Assembly: GCF_000150275.1 (NCBI RefSeq)
Contig: NW_002060955.1
Span: forward strand, 1,160,287-1,224,286
From: Trichoplax adhaerens
Lineage: Eukaryota; Animalia; Placozoa
DNA: 64,000 nucleotides
Direction: 5' to 3'
Shown one piece after another: positions 40,481-53,814 of this stretch (its first letter is position 1; every line of letters begins with the position of its first letter). The notes beneath the pieces were generated by a model. The model was not told where the DNA came from and did not search any database. It was given only the letters and a program-made list of their open reading frames with translations. Position numbers and translations under genes: made by a program.

Positions 40481-43400
40481 ATGATGCAGTTATTCCCGAT
40501 GATCTTGATTCTTGTGTGCCTTATTGGTAGCTGCTGGACGTACCAGAATTTGACAGTATTATGTATGATTCCATTTTATAAATTGTTTGAACTTGGAAAA
40601 TCGTGCACGACAGCATCACAAATGGCTGTTGTAGACATTAACAAAAATGATAGCATCTTGCCTGGTTTTAAATTGAATTTAGAATACGCTGATAGTAAGG
40701 TAGGAGTGTTATATTTATTCTTTAATTGAAATTTTGATTATATGCAGAAGTATGTTTAGATTAATTTAAAAGTAACATAACCGAGCATCAATTGGTCTTC
40801 CTGTAAAACTCGCTAGATGAACGAAGGCACTGCTCTTAAAAATTTTATCGATGCCGTTTCTCATCCGCCTACTAAGGTAGCCGTCATTGGCCCATTTATT
40901 ACATCCGCAAATCAGTATATCGCTAGTATAACAAAATACTGGAATTTAATTCAGGTAATTTATAATGATTCATTCTACATTATCCACAAAGAAAAAATTA
41001 AAATAAAGATTGGTGCAAGAGATTATCAGTAGTATAATAGTAAAGACACTTTTCGCTATGCCACGCACAGGTACATAGCACCATAGGTTTAAATCTCAAA
41101 CAGATGAAAGCATATATTTTACATGGTGTTTCTAAGTTCTTCCAGTAAGTTTTTCTTAACGATTTATCTAAAATGCTGTAAAGTCTTTAGCGTACAATAG
41201 TTTCAATCTGATGCAATTCAATGAAGAAATGTAGACACCGAACCGTTTTACGCTATATTATTAATTACTAAAGACTTCCATATTCGCATACTATAGTGTT
41301 GACAGATTAATTAGCAATCTAAGAAAATTAGTTTACTTATTAGGACATTTCAGCCACTACATTAAACTCGATACAATTATCTTAGAACTTGCTTTCCAAT
41401 ATTACACGTTTTAATTTATGTTCAATCTAAAATAAAGAAGGAAGCTTATTTTTGGGGACATGTACCGTATTCTTTTGGAAAATCGATACATGTAGTCCTG
41501 GTTTGACAATTCATTTTTAATTATTGAATATTATCTTAATTATTTAAGTCATATTACCTATAGTTGATGAAAGCTATTAAAATTGGCTACTTTCTAACAG
41601 TAAATATCGCTTTATTTTATTAAGATGGGTTATGCGACATCGGATTTATCTTTGGCCAATAGAAAGAAATATCCTAATTACTATCGGACATCGATTACTG
41701 AAGATAGTTATGTGTTGGCACAAATTGCTCTATTTAAACATTTTAGTTGGAAAAAGATCGCAATTGTTTATGCATCCAGCGGAAGCTACCCAGGAGTATG
41801 TGATCACTTAGTACTTGGTATTATATTTTGTAGATTTCGATAAAAGTAGAAAATCATTATTATAGCAGCTCAATTTTGAAAGACCTATTATGTCTTAGAC
41901 TAGATTAGAATATAAGTATCCGTGTCACAAAACAGCTTTGCAACAAGATAACGCAATATACGATCAATAAGTCAATTCCTTGAACCACGTATCAAGGAAC
42001 GATATCTGCACTATCACAAACACTTTTGCTCTACTAGCAGACTACACAAAGACTTAAACACCTCGTATTTTACGTTAAACACTAAGTTGGAGAATCCACT
42101 TTATTTCACGATATACTGCATTTATATACTACTCCTCAATAGTTCATGAGTCATAGTTAATACAATTAACATTGGAATGATTTACTGAATTAGATATTAA
42201 TTTTAGCTACTGCTCCGTTAATGCAGACAACAGTATTTACCAACATAGACATGTAATGACTAATACAGAATAGTCAGATTATGATATGTCCTATCACGGA
42301 ACATTTCCATGATAATTTACAGTCTACCAAAAGTAAATTACAATCACAATGATTGGAGCTGTAAGTAGATGGTTTGCATTCCCTATTATAACTATTAATT
42401 TCAGTATGTGTATAAGAGTCACTGTCATAAAAAGTCAGTGCTATATTAAAACACAGTATATCCAAATTAGAAGTTAACTAAATAAGGATAGTCTAACAGA
42501 ATTATCCTAACATAGATATTTCTACTGTAATACAGTATTTAACACTGTAACAATCCGTCGACTTAAATATCAGTTAAACGCTTTCAGTATACAGATAATT
42601 AAAAAATGTAAACGATTTGCTGCAATTATAGCCAGATTTGCCCTCAGATGTGCTTTTAATAGTAATGCAGTAGTAAAAAAACAGCACATCATCGGGTTAA
42701 CTATAAAAATCATGCTTTCAACCAACAACACATTTATAACAGTTACCCATTTAGATATGTGCATCAGTAATTTTGAAAACAGAATAGAGCGAAAATGATG
42801 AAATATTACCATGGTAATGTCGTTGTTCCGATTAGAAGATACTACATTGGGTTTTAAGCTTTGGCTGAATAAATTAAGCAGTAGATATTAAATTGATTTC
42901 AGTAACGGAATAATGTTAATAATATTATAGCTGCTATGTAAATATGATGTATCTAGTCTGAATTTTAATTACTTGTTATTATCACGACAGGTAGCAACTT
43001 TAATTCAGCAGCAGTTATCCAAGGCAAATATTGAAATTCTAGTTATGGAAAGTTTCGATAGTAAGCAAACTATAGCCATTAATGGCATTAAGGTATTTTA
43101 ATCGCTTTCCCGGATGCTAATGCACAATTCACTCGATATGACTATTGTTTTTTTTAGTAATGTACAGCACATTATTCGACACATAAAGAAGCGAAGGCAA
43201 AATTCTTCTTCTTCTTACTAGTTTACAAACACTATTGAGATAGTCTTTTTATTTACTACCAATGTAGGAAAAGGATACTCGAATCATTGTTGTGGTGGGT
43301 AATATACATAATACCAGTCCTTTGCTTTGCGAGGTTAGTATTAAACTACCGTTCAACCTTTTAGGCTTGCAGTCTTTATTTCTGAATTTCCTTGTAAACC

Positions 43401-46400
43401 GAAATGGAATTTCCATAATCTAATCTAATAAATTGATACTCAATTTGATACTATATACGCATGTAAGCAGCAAATTTAGAAATAAAAAAATTTATCATAT
43501 ATATTTTGATCAATTATATAATTATATATTACCTTAACTACTGGCATTCATTTTAAGTAAGAATGATATAAGCGTTCTAAAACCAAATAAACATGGCGAT
43601 ATAAATAATCTAAATAATACTAAATTCTAAACTTTCCAAAGATAATAATCATTACACAATAAATAATGCTAAATATTCCTAATAATCAGTATTACATTCT
43701 TAATTAAAGATCAGCAGTTATTATTGATAATATAATAAGGCTTAAAAAGATTTAATTATGATTGTATTTTCCGATGCAGTGCCAATGTAATTCGTAAATG
43801 AAATTTCGAATGGAATACTTTTCTTTCCTTGAACATTTGAGTCCTAAATAATCAGACAGTTTTTAGTCTTCGTAGTAATAACTCAATTCAATATTTGCTG
43901 ATATAAACTCTTTTATCTGGCTGTAAACCTCCTTACCTCAAATTTACAATTATTGTGATCCAAATTACTACTAAAAAAATCATTCTTTCTTATCCATTCC
44001 TAAAATGTTTCAAACTATTCTACATTTTAGCTTGTTTCAAAAATGCAACGCAATCGGTTGCTTTTAGAAAAATATAAAAGCTGTCATCACTTTTAAAATA
44101 TAAATGCAGCGATAGAGAAAGCCATAGAATCTAGCAGATATTCAAGAGTTAGAAATCTTACGTATTATATAACTGGAAAAAACTAGTACGGTACTCAAAC
44201 TGACAGTGAGAATAAACCAGAAAACTCTATACAAATGTAGCAATAACTTGAGTTATATCGACATTCGATATACGGTAAGTTACTTATATCGATGCGTTAA
44301 GGTGTCACAGTAACACAAATTCAGTAAATTCTAAAACATTAATGCATATGAGTCGACTGTCAGAGAATTTAGAAAGTACGATTAAATGTCGTAAATATAG
44401 ATCTCAATCGCTTTAATTTTTATTTTTAAGTTCTTAATATCGCCTTTATTTAATTATGGAAATTGACCGTAACCATATTAGTGACAAGAAAAGGATAAAT
44501 TAAATTTATTTTTTAAGAAGACAATAATTTTTTACATCCATGTAAATTTTTGAAAGGCTTACAAAGCCGGAATTTACGGATATCAGTACGTTTGGTTAAT
44601 GGTTGGCAAGTATGATAATAACTGGTGGAGTAGAGAGCCTCTATATTCTAACTGTACCGCTGAAGAACTGGAAGGTGTTATTATCAATTCGACTTATTAT
44701 TCGAGAGTACCCCTTTATTCCACATCTCATCGACAAACTATTTACGGAAAGGTATCATAATTCTTTGGAAGTTTATATGTTACGGCCGATACCGGTAACG
44801 CAGCCAAAAATAATAATTGTAGTAATTATTGTCGCAATAGATGTAGCGGTATATATTAGCTTGTTCCTTATAAAATATATTTAATAATCGATTAAAAGTT
44901 TAGTAATAATATAAAAACTAACCATATTGTAGAATGGAACCCAATTTTATCAAGATTTTCTAACGAAAATTAAATCTAGCAGCACACGCTGTATGGTAGC
45001 TGGGCAGCTTTATGATGCTGTCTGGACTATGGCTTTAGCTTTAAATGCCACAGAAAATCGACTGCAAAATCTAAATTACTCACTGAAACAATTTCAATAT
45101 AATGATAAACGAACCAATACAATTTTGGCTGACGAATTGAACCGAATTAAATTTTATGGCACAACGGTATGTACCAGTAAAGACTTATAGTCAATTAGAT
45201 TGATACTGTAACAAAAAGTTATTGCAGCTTATGTAAATACATTGAAGTTATTAACAGATAGATATTAACATAAGTATTAAACGATTTTGTACTTTTAGGG
45301 TCAGGTACACTTTGATAATGGGACTCGGCTAGGAGACATAGAAATCTTACGACAAGAAGGTGAGATTGATGATAAATTTATAATTTAATTTCCCATAAAA
45401 TTTTTAAAATAAAATTTATCTATTTTAATTAACAAGTGATAACCAATTGCTAACTTTGAGCATGCTGTACAAACAATTAACTAAAATTAGAAGTTAGATC
45501 TGATTTAAAATTATATCAAATAATATTAATGGCGTTACTTATGATAACATAAAATAAGATTTGGAAACATAATATTATTAAAATAGTAGATATTTAAGCT
45601 TTATATTTTTATTTCTGGACTCTAGCGAAGCTGTTTGATAGGTTATTGTTGTCAATATATTGTGTAGAATAAAATAACCTACAATTAAAAAGTAATACAA
45701 AATTTAAGACAGTTGACAATAATGAGCAGATGAAGCTAAGCTTATGATAATTTAGGAGTTTCGATTTCAACTTTACAAAAGGTGATAGTAATCATAGAAT
45801 TTTGTTCGTGTACTTAGTTATGTAAGTTCAAGTGATCTGTTCACAATCTTCAAGTTATAGTTTAGCTAAGTATCACATTTAAGCAGCTATGCTATTTTTG
45901 TAGAGTATATTCTTAGTCCATACCATAATTTCCATTATCTATTGTCATAAGAAATTCTTCCTTACTACCAGACCTAGTTTTACTCCTATGTAGTATCACA
46001 AATCGTTAGAGAATCGGTAATAAAATACGCTGCTTAAAATTCTGTATGTGATTTACTATGGCCTACGATTTATATATTGAGTAGAATCTGTAGTATATGT
46101 TTTGCTATATGAAAATTATAATAAACTAGTACTAAACTCCATTTTATGAATGGGTGCATTGATATATTCAATGAATAGCATTAGCAAAGATGGGTTATAA
46201 GTCATAATTTAAAAAATATTATTTTACAGATGATAAACTTCAAATGATTGGCGTCTATCGACAAGACCTGAAGAAATTAATAGTAAAACAAACTTTTAGT
46301 TGGCCAGGTATAGTATCTGTACTACAAATAATTCGTATGTATATCAAATTATTTGACGGGAAAATTAATAAATGCAAGCTAGAAATATAAAGACTATTTA

Positions 46401-48507
46401 AAATAATATCAAGTGATTTACTTATAATTTAAGGTGGTTACCGACCCCGGGATCAAGTGGAAATTATAGTCCAGATAGATAGCATATCCAACGTGGTTTT
46501 CATTTCGTTTTGTTCTTTTGCTGCTGCCGGAATAGTGTTTGCTGTAGCTATTGCGGGATTTGTGGCTTACTTTAGAAATAACAGGTTAATACCTAGTAAA
46601 GAAGATAACGAATAATGATTTTCACATTGCAATTATGAACACTTAAAATTTTAATAATAGTGTATTGAATAAATGAAGCTCTTCTATATAATGAAGCTTA
46701 AATAAATTGTACTATATAGAATCACATAAAAATATTTTCAACTAAGATTAACCTAGTTAACACTGAATTTGCATTTAACTGCTAGGTTTATCAAGATGTC
46801 AAGTCCCAATTTAAATTACTGTATCTTAAATGGATGTATCATGTGCTACCTATCGGTAGTATTTTTAGGACTAGATGGCCGTTTCATTCCCGCAATTCAA
46901 CGACAATACATGTGCACCATCCAAATTTGGTTTCTAAGTTTAGGTTTTACTATAGCATTTGGTGCAGTAACTGTTAAGACTTGGCGAATATATAGAATAT
47001 TCTTTAATGCCAGTGGCTTAAAATTGGTTGGTTGCGTCGCATTTTAAAATTTCAAGTTTCAATTATGAATTAGATTCTAAAAAAAATACTAAATGACATA
47101 TATTAGTTCACGTAATACCCAAATTGAATTATACGCCAATGAACTGACAACAAGTGCAATTTTATGTTCAATTATCTAGGTTGTCAAGGACTTACGATTG
47201 ATTGGATATGTAGTGCAGATTCTTGCAATTGATGCTGTGATTTTGATTTTATGGGCCGTAATAGATCCTATTAAAACTACTGTAGTGAATACCGAAAAAG
47301 TAAAGGTAATAATTGCCTGTATTATCCATCTTAATCAAAAAATGTATCTAATTATAAAAATTACATTTATATAATAAAAAAATCGCATAGCTAATGCACT
47401 CTCTGAGCGTAAATATTTAGAAATTAAATGCAAGTACGAAATATATTTGATGTACCTCTGCGCTACAGTCTTAGTATTAGAGTTCATTTCTTGGCCTAAA
47501 TTATGATCAAGGAGAACTTATCACTAGTTGGTTCGTTATAATAAAATAAGTCTACTATTTAGTTTATTGATTAATATTTATTTGGGTGCACAGAAACTTT
47601 CAAATATAAATATAGAAATCATCGTACAAAAACAAATTCAAGTCTGCCAGTCTTCACACAATACCATTTGGCTAGCAGCAATATTTTCCTATAAGATGCT
47701 TCTACTACTTTGGGGTGTAATTTTAGCATGGAAAACAAGAAAGATAGATATTGATTCACTCAATGATTCACGTTCTCTCGCTATGACAATTTATAACATT
47801 TTCGTCCTAAGCTGCGCTGGAGTTACTATTAACTTGGTATCTCATCTAATTCTTGATGCGGGCTATGCTTTAAAAGCTGGATTTATAATCTTATGTACCA
47901 CAACGTCCATGGCTTTAATATTTATCCCGAAGGTAAATAACCATATTAACAAAGCATTTAGGCAGTAAGAAACTAGATATATTATCAAATAAGCAGAACA
48001 GTTAGAATGCATCGTGTACGATTAGGATGATAAAAATCAACTTATTCTGAATTACTTGAACGTACAGTTCAGAATATTCAAAATCCACAATTTACATTTT
48101 GGACGGAGTATTTCAAATGAAACACTAAAGATAGTTCACCAATAAATCCAATATAGCAATTTTATAATATTAACTCTTTAATTATAGATATCTCAAGTCA
48201 AATTTAAATCAGTAACTCTAGTCGGCTCTCCCAGATACAATCGAAAAATTCATAATGCATGTTCAAAATCGCATTTGAGTAACAGAGACAAGGAATTAGA
48301 GTTAATGAAGTTAAAGTTAATAATTTCTGAGGTAAGACTACTAAACTGGGCAAATTGTATAGTTTGTAGTTTTAATTCTAATATTCTATGTTGCAAGCAA
48401 AGGGTAAGACGATAAGATTATTCTTTTGCCCAATTTTTTTATTCCTATAGCTACAGCAAAAGATGCAGCAAATGAAAAGAGATAAAGCGAGCATTGATAA
48501 AATCTAA
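40481..48507 (+). CDS. GABA-B receptor-like class C GPCR, gene D (complete, 15 coding exons, about 773 aa)
   Basis: Exons 40481-40699, 40817-40954, 41625-41795, 42991-43092, 43268-43333, 44557-44751, 44933-45166, 45299-45359, 46230-46307, 46434-46584, 46786-47026, 47180-47305, 47594-47932, 48188-48331, 48451(or 48457)-48507. All introns are GT-AG, total 2322 nt in frame. Motifs YPNYYRT, YDAVW, IKMSSPNLN, KTWRIY, IDSLNDSR, FIPK. Confidence 0.92.
41923..42552 (-). mobile_element. Solo-LTR-like element family R3 (630 bp), intron 3 of gene D
   Basis: Plus strand TGTCACA...TGTAACA. Perfect TSD ATCCG (41918-41922 and 42553-42557). Second copy at 33150-33779. Confidence 0.88.
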
Positions 48508-48542
48508 ATATGTTTAAATTTTCACACAAACTGATATGTTAC

Positions 48543-49104
48543 AGTAATGTAACTTAGTATTGTTATTGTAGACTGTTAGCCATGTTTAGTATAATGTACG
48601 GTAGCGTAACTTCTATATTTATCCTAAGAGATATTTGGTAGCCATAACTATAGACTGCAGTGGTATAGACTCTATGCTAGGGTACAGATGACTATATACA
48701 GTAAGGTGTTGAGTTACTAATAAGATTATAGGTAAAAATAGAACTGTAAATCATATATAAGGATATGGTTAATTTATTGTACTTTGACTGGTGTAAATAA
48801 TATCTACGTAAATACTGTAGTCGTATCCATATTGGATTAATGATGGTCCGCAGTAGAATAGTGTTACTAAGAATAAATTAACTACGTGTAAAATAAGGTA
48901 AAAGGTTTCCATGCGAATTGTAGCTGCAAATGCTACGAAAAGTATAAAAGCATGCAACTTTAGATTATTCTGTTAGTTCTTTCTAGAAGTCTTTAGTAGT
49001 AGTATTCGGCTAGAGTAGAGCAGTGAGTAGTTAATCTTTTTATAAGATTCAATAAAGCCTTTATTTTTCTAAAATTTGGAATTTCGTGATCGGTATATAT
49101 CACA
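48543..49104 (+). mobile_element. Solo-LTR-like element family R1 (562 bp), 35 bp downstream of the gene D stop codon
   Basis: AGTAATG (T to A variant of TGTAATG)...ATCACA. Perfect TSD GTTAC (48538-48542 and 49105-49109). TATAAAA at about 48943, AATAAA at 49051. Confidence 0.88.
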
Positions 49105-50259
49105 GTTACTCTACAGGAGAAATAAATTAAAATCTTTCAACACTATTAGATATTTTACTTATTTACCGGTAGAGTTAATTAAGTAATGATATATAATATT
49201 AAATGACAGCAGCTTCATTTTCCTAAAAATATTTGATCTGTAAATACAGAATAAGATTTATTTATTAGTAATTTCCATAAATAAGGCTATAATCTAATAA
49301 AATATATTTTTTGTCTGCTATAATGTGGCTGACAATTTCAAAAATAAGGAGATTACCGAACGAGGAAAATACTTTTAATATGGTGAATATCACTGCTATC
49401 AAGTTAATACTGATAGAAAATAACACGAAATTAATTTAGATGAAAATAATCGATTGCTTTGTTTATATTTTAATTAGCTCTATCATAACGGCTTTTTCTA
49501 AATAATCTTAATTTAGAATGGAATCTATTACGTTCTAACAGTTTAGTTTATAATACTTATTTGTTTGTAGATCAACCAGGCGATATACTTATTTTTAATG
49601 TACACTACAGGTAGTTCCATTTCTATCAAGCTTGCTAATTACGAATACATGGAGGTTTACATTAAGCAAAACTCTAGAAAGAGAGCTTCAAGCTAGTGAT
49701 ATCCTATCGCTCAGATTTCAATTATTACAACACTACTTTGCATGTAGTTATTTTATAATGTAATAAAGCTGTAACTGTTTGTATTTACAAATATTTCTGC
49801 GAAATTTGGGGAAAGAATATAAAATATTTCTTTACGTAAAATCCGAGATAGTCCTTTGAGTTAGTAAATATATTGCAAAAACTTATCTACACATAATTTA
49901 TGTAATATATTCAGATTGTATTGCAATTAAGATATTCTTTACATAGCAATTCTACATTAATCTTGAATTCAGAACATCTAACAATCTACTTACGCGATGT
50001 ATTCAAATATACCTTTTAATATTTAAATATTTATAATGCTTGCAATCATCACTATTTTCTATAACTATTTACTATTACATAAGCTATTACGGAATATTAT
50101 GTGTGTAATCCTAAAATCCTGTTCTCTGCGTATGTGCTAACTCTAAAACCATAAACACTACCGATTTCTGCCTTAGATATCACTAGTCACAATTGTTGCC
50201 AAGTCAACGTTTCCTAGCGTTGCTATACGGCAGCATACAAGGTTCTCTTTGTATCAAAT

Positions 50260-50834
50260 TGTCGCGGTACGCTGTTACTAATTAAGTAACTGAATGCTTA
50301 TGAATAGATAAGATAAGGTTATGTGCTATGCTTAATGCGCTTGTAGCTGATAATAGGATGGTAGAAATGAGATAAAAATAGAAGTCGTTAACAGTTAATT
50401 TACTGTAGGTTTGTAAGGTGTGTTAATCTAAAAATTGAGCTGTATATGGACGAAGGTTAAGCGTCTTAACACCTGATAGCTTGTAGCTATCTAAGTCTGA
50501 GAATATCGACATGTATATTTAGTAATGGTATTATACAAATTAATGTAACTTGTAAAGTATGAATTCTCACTCGTTAATATTGGAATTCACTGTAGAAACC
50601 TATTTAAGCGCGTGTGTTTGTAGAATAAAGTTAGTAATTACTCAAGAAACGGCAAGACTCATATCGTGAAGAATATTGTAATAATTAGTCAGTTATCTGT
50701 GGAGATCAGCCGAGAAATCGAGTTCTCAAATACTTCTCTCATAGAAACTGAAAGTACTGGGAGAAATAGCCCAAGTTTTAAGTAACTACACTAGAGTTCT
50801 TTACTTTCCTTTGTCACGAGTGAGGGTTGTGACA
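50260..50834 (+). mobile_element. Solo-LTR-like element family R2 (575 bp)
   Basis: TGTCGCGG...TGTGACA. Perfect TSD CAAAT (50255-50259 and 50835-50839). TATTTAAG at 50601, AATAAA at 50624. Near-identical inverted copy at 53227-53814. Confidence 0.9.
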
Positions 50835-50969
50835 CAAATATTTTAGTGTAACAAATAGGAATGAAAATCTCTAACTAATCAGAGAGTACGATGCAATTTG
50901 TATTGCACTAAATCACGCAATAATTCATAATGAAGTCCGTATTTTGTCTCGAGCTAAAATGTTGGATCA

Positions 50970-51570
50970 AAAGAGTTATAGTATCAGGAAATTTCATATC
51001 TTCGACCCATTTTCGATGTTAAATCAAACTTTCAATCAACATTTTAAGATTTATACTTAGGTTAATATGACTTAATCTAAAATAGCGCTCACTATTTTTA
51101 ATCTTGTTTGAGGGCATTAAAAAGGACTATAATAATCTTAGTTGCCAGCTTATATACTTTTCTTGCATTGGCGGCCACGATCAGCATAGCAATATTTTAC
51201 CATATTTTACATATATCCAGATTATTATTCGTAACAACATTTTATACTAGACCATTATTAATCCAGTTTAGAAATTGCTACAGTATTCACTAATAGATAT
51301 TATTTCTACCTGTCTGAGTATAATGAACTAACCATATACAATTACGCGTATATGATTTATCCATCTATTTTTTACCTCTAGCCTTCATAGTAACTCGACA
51401 CCGTATTGTACTCGTATATATTGATCTGTATTCTGGCATAGAATCTTCCACTGCAGTCTATAGTTATAAGCAATTAAACATGTCTTAAGATAACTATAGA
51501 AAGTCACGCTACCGTACATCATACTAAGTATTTCTAATAGTCTTCAATCCTAATACTTAATTACATTAAT
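50970..51570 (-). mobile_element. Old, diverged R1-family element in reverse orientation (boundaries approximate)
   Basis: ccactgcagtctatagttata..gtcacgctaccgtacatcatactaa is the reverse complement of the R1 5' region. The ORF 51108-51293 translation aligns with the R1 antisense frames at 5684 and 48769. Termini are eroded. Confidence 0.7.
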
Positions 51571-53226
51571 ATGCAAACTGTAAGAACAGGATCTCGAGCT
51601 TTATCCGTATTTTATATTAGCGGACTAGTACTGTAGTGCTCTTATTATATCATTCAGCGTAACATTAAGCATGTATTAGACATGTTTATAAAAAATCCTT
51701 ATTATACAAGACACGGTTAAAACCCAAAATGCTGAATATTCTTATTCGGGTTGTTTTAACAATTTGCAACTGCTTTGATGAATTGTAGCATAGAAGAAAA
51801 GTGAAAATCTTCTCTGAAAGACGAAGGAAAAATTGTGCGCTATTTCAAATCTGCTTTAGAAATTTAACTTTGCCCTGTCTATTAAGGCATTACTCGCAAC
51901 ATTAACTCTATTTATGGATTAAAAGATTATTAGCCTATGATACTAGCGGGAAACTATAGCCAGTCTTTGCAAGAATCATTAAAATATTCGTCAAGTTAAC
52001 CGTTGATCATACCATTTTTTGCCATTCGAAAATGAGTGTAGTATCCAATAACTGTATCTACAGTAATTAGGCTAACAAACTAGCTGCTATATTTCTCAAT
52101 ATCTCTTTGATCAAATGAATTGTTTCTGTTCCAATCACGTTTTCGGAAGTTTCAAAATTTCTGATTCGTAATTCAATACCAATGGTGAGTCACGATAACA
52201 ATTTTGGCTTTGTCGCATCTCAACCTGTTATCGATAACATTTTTTAAAGTTTTATTCTTATAACCGAAATATCTGCGTACAGTTATTCGCAGATGCCACG
52301 AAATAATTCTAATCACTGCCCTTAAAATATAACTGATATAAGATATCGGCACTTTTACATCGTCTTAGTTACAGTGAGTTCAATGCTTTCATTATGCTAT
52401 TCGAAATGAATGAAATAATATTTCATTCATCATCTAGAACCGCATTTAATTAATTGAAATTTTAAAATAATAACATAATAGCAATGCTATCATTTACTGA
52501 CGCATGCAATGACATATGAAAGTAGTCAATTCCCGGAAATTTCTATTATATCGTTTCAATAACAGACTTCCTATTGTAAGTAAAATACCTATTTCACAAT
52601 CTCATTTGATCTCCAGCGTTTTCATAAAGGGTAATATCCGTGACGATAAATATCATTCGATAAGTACCAGCGTAACCCTATCTCATTTTACTGCGACTAT
52701 TGATAAACTAGTATGTTATTACGGTATCTACATCATTAGCCAAAGTATAATTTAAATAATTTTAAAGTCTACAACTTGATTACACACTTACCATTACAGC
52801 ACCAGTGATAATTTAACTTCTTATACAGAGATAGTGTATCGTGTGATCATGTCATCGTATGATCCTGTAATGTATCAGTTAAAACTACAATATACACCTA
52901 AAGGAAAAATAAGTTCTCCTATTATACAATTTTTATTTAATTTTATAAATAACTTATTGATGCTAAAGCAATAATAATAGAATGCATTACTAGAACTTCT
53001 CGAGGAAAATAAATATTTGTCCGTTATTTGCAATACCATCATTTAAGGTAGTCAGAAAAATTTAAATATGTGTACAAAATGTACAAGTATAAAAGAAGCA
53101 TATTGCAATTTGAGTAATATACTCGTACATATTATGCATAAATGATTCGCTTGCTCATACAGTATATATTCACTGCGTATACGCTTATATAACGGACTCG
53201 TTTGTTTATTTATTTACTGCATATAC

Positions 53227-53814
53227 TGTCACAACCCTCACTTGTGGCAACGGAAAGTAAAGAACTCTAGTGTAGTTACTTAAAACTTGGGCTATTTCTC
53301 CCAGTACTTTCAGTTTCTATGAGAGAAGTATTTGAGAACTCGATTTCTCGGCTGATCTCCACAGATAACTGACTAATTATTACAATATTCTTCACGATAT
53401 GAGTCTTGCCGTTTCTTGAGTAATTACTTACTTTATTCTACAAACACACACGCTTAAATAGGTTTCTACAGTGAATTCCAATATTAACGAGTGAGAATTC
53501 ATGCTTTACAAGTTACATTAATTAGTATAATACCATTACTAAATATACATGTCGATATTCTCAGACTTAGATAGCTACAAGCTATCAGGTGTTAAGGCGC
53601 TTAACCTTCGTTCATATACAGCTCACTTTTTAGAGATTAATACACCTTATAAACCTACAGTAAATTAACTGCTAACAACTTCTATTTTTATCTCATTTCT
53701 ACCATCCTATTATCAGCTACAAGCGCATTAAAACATAGCACATAACCTTATCTTATCTATTCATAAGCATTCATTAATTTACAGTTACTTAATTAGTAAC
53801 GGCGTACCGTGACA
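53227..53814 (-). mobile_element. Solo-LTR-like element family R2, inverted copy (588 bp)
   Basis: Plus strand TGTCACA...CCGTGACA. Perfect TSD TATAC (53222-53226 and 53815-53819). Reverse complement of 50260-50834 with few differences. Confidence 0.9.

Noticed and set aside
44603-44884. 93-aa ORF in the supplied track
   Set aside because: It is an out-of-frame reading of gene D exon 6 (true frame AYKAGIYGYQYVWLMVGKYDNNWW) running into the intron.
11525-48507. Assigning the symbols GABBR1 or GABBR2, or calling these mGluR, CaSR, V2R or GPR156
   Set aside because: They are lineage-specific paralogues lacking key GABA contacts, so orthology cannot be asserted. Absence of a cysteine-rich domain excludes mGluR, CaSR and V2R, and presence of a VFT excludes GPR156.
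50260-53814. A DNA transposon with 580-bp terminal inverted repeats
   Set aside because: The arms have separate TSDs and the interior has no transposase-like ORF.
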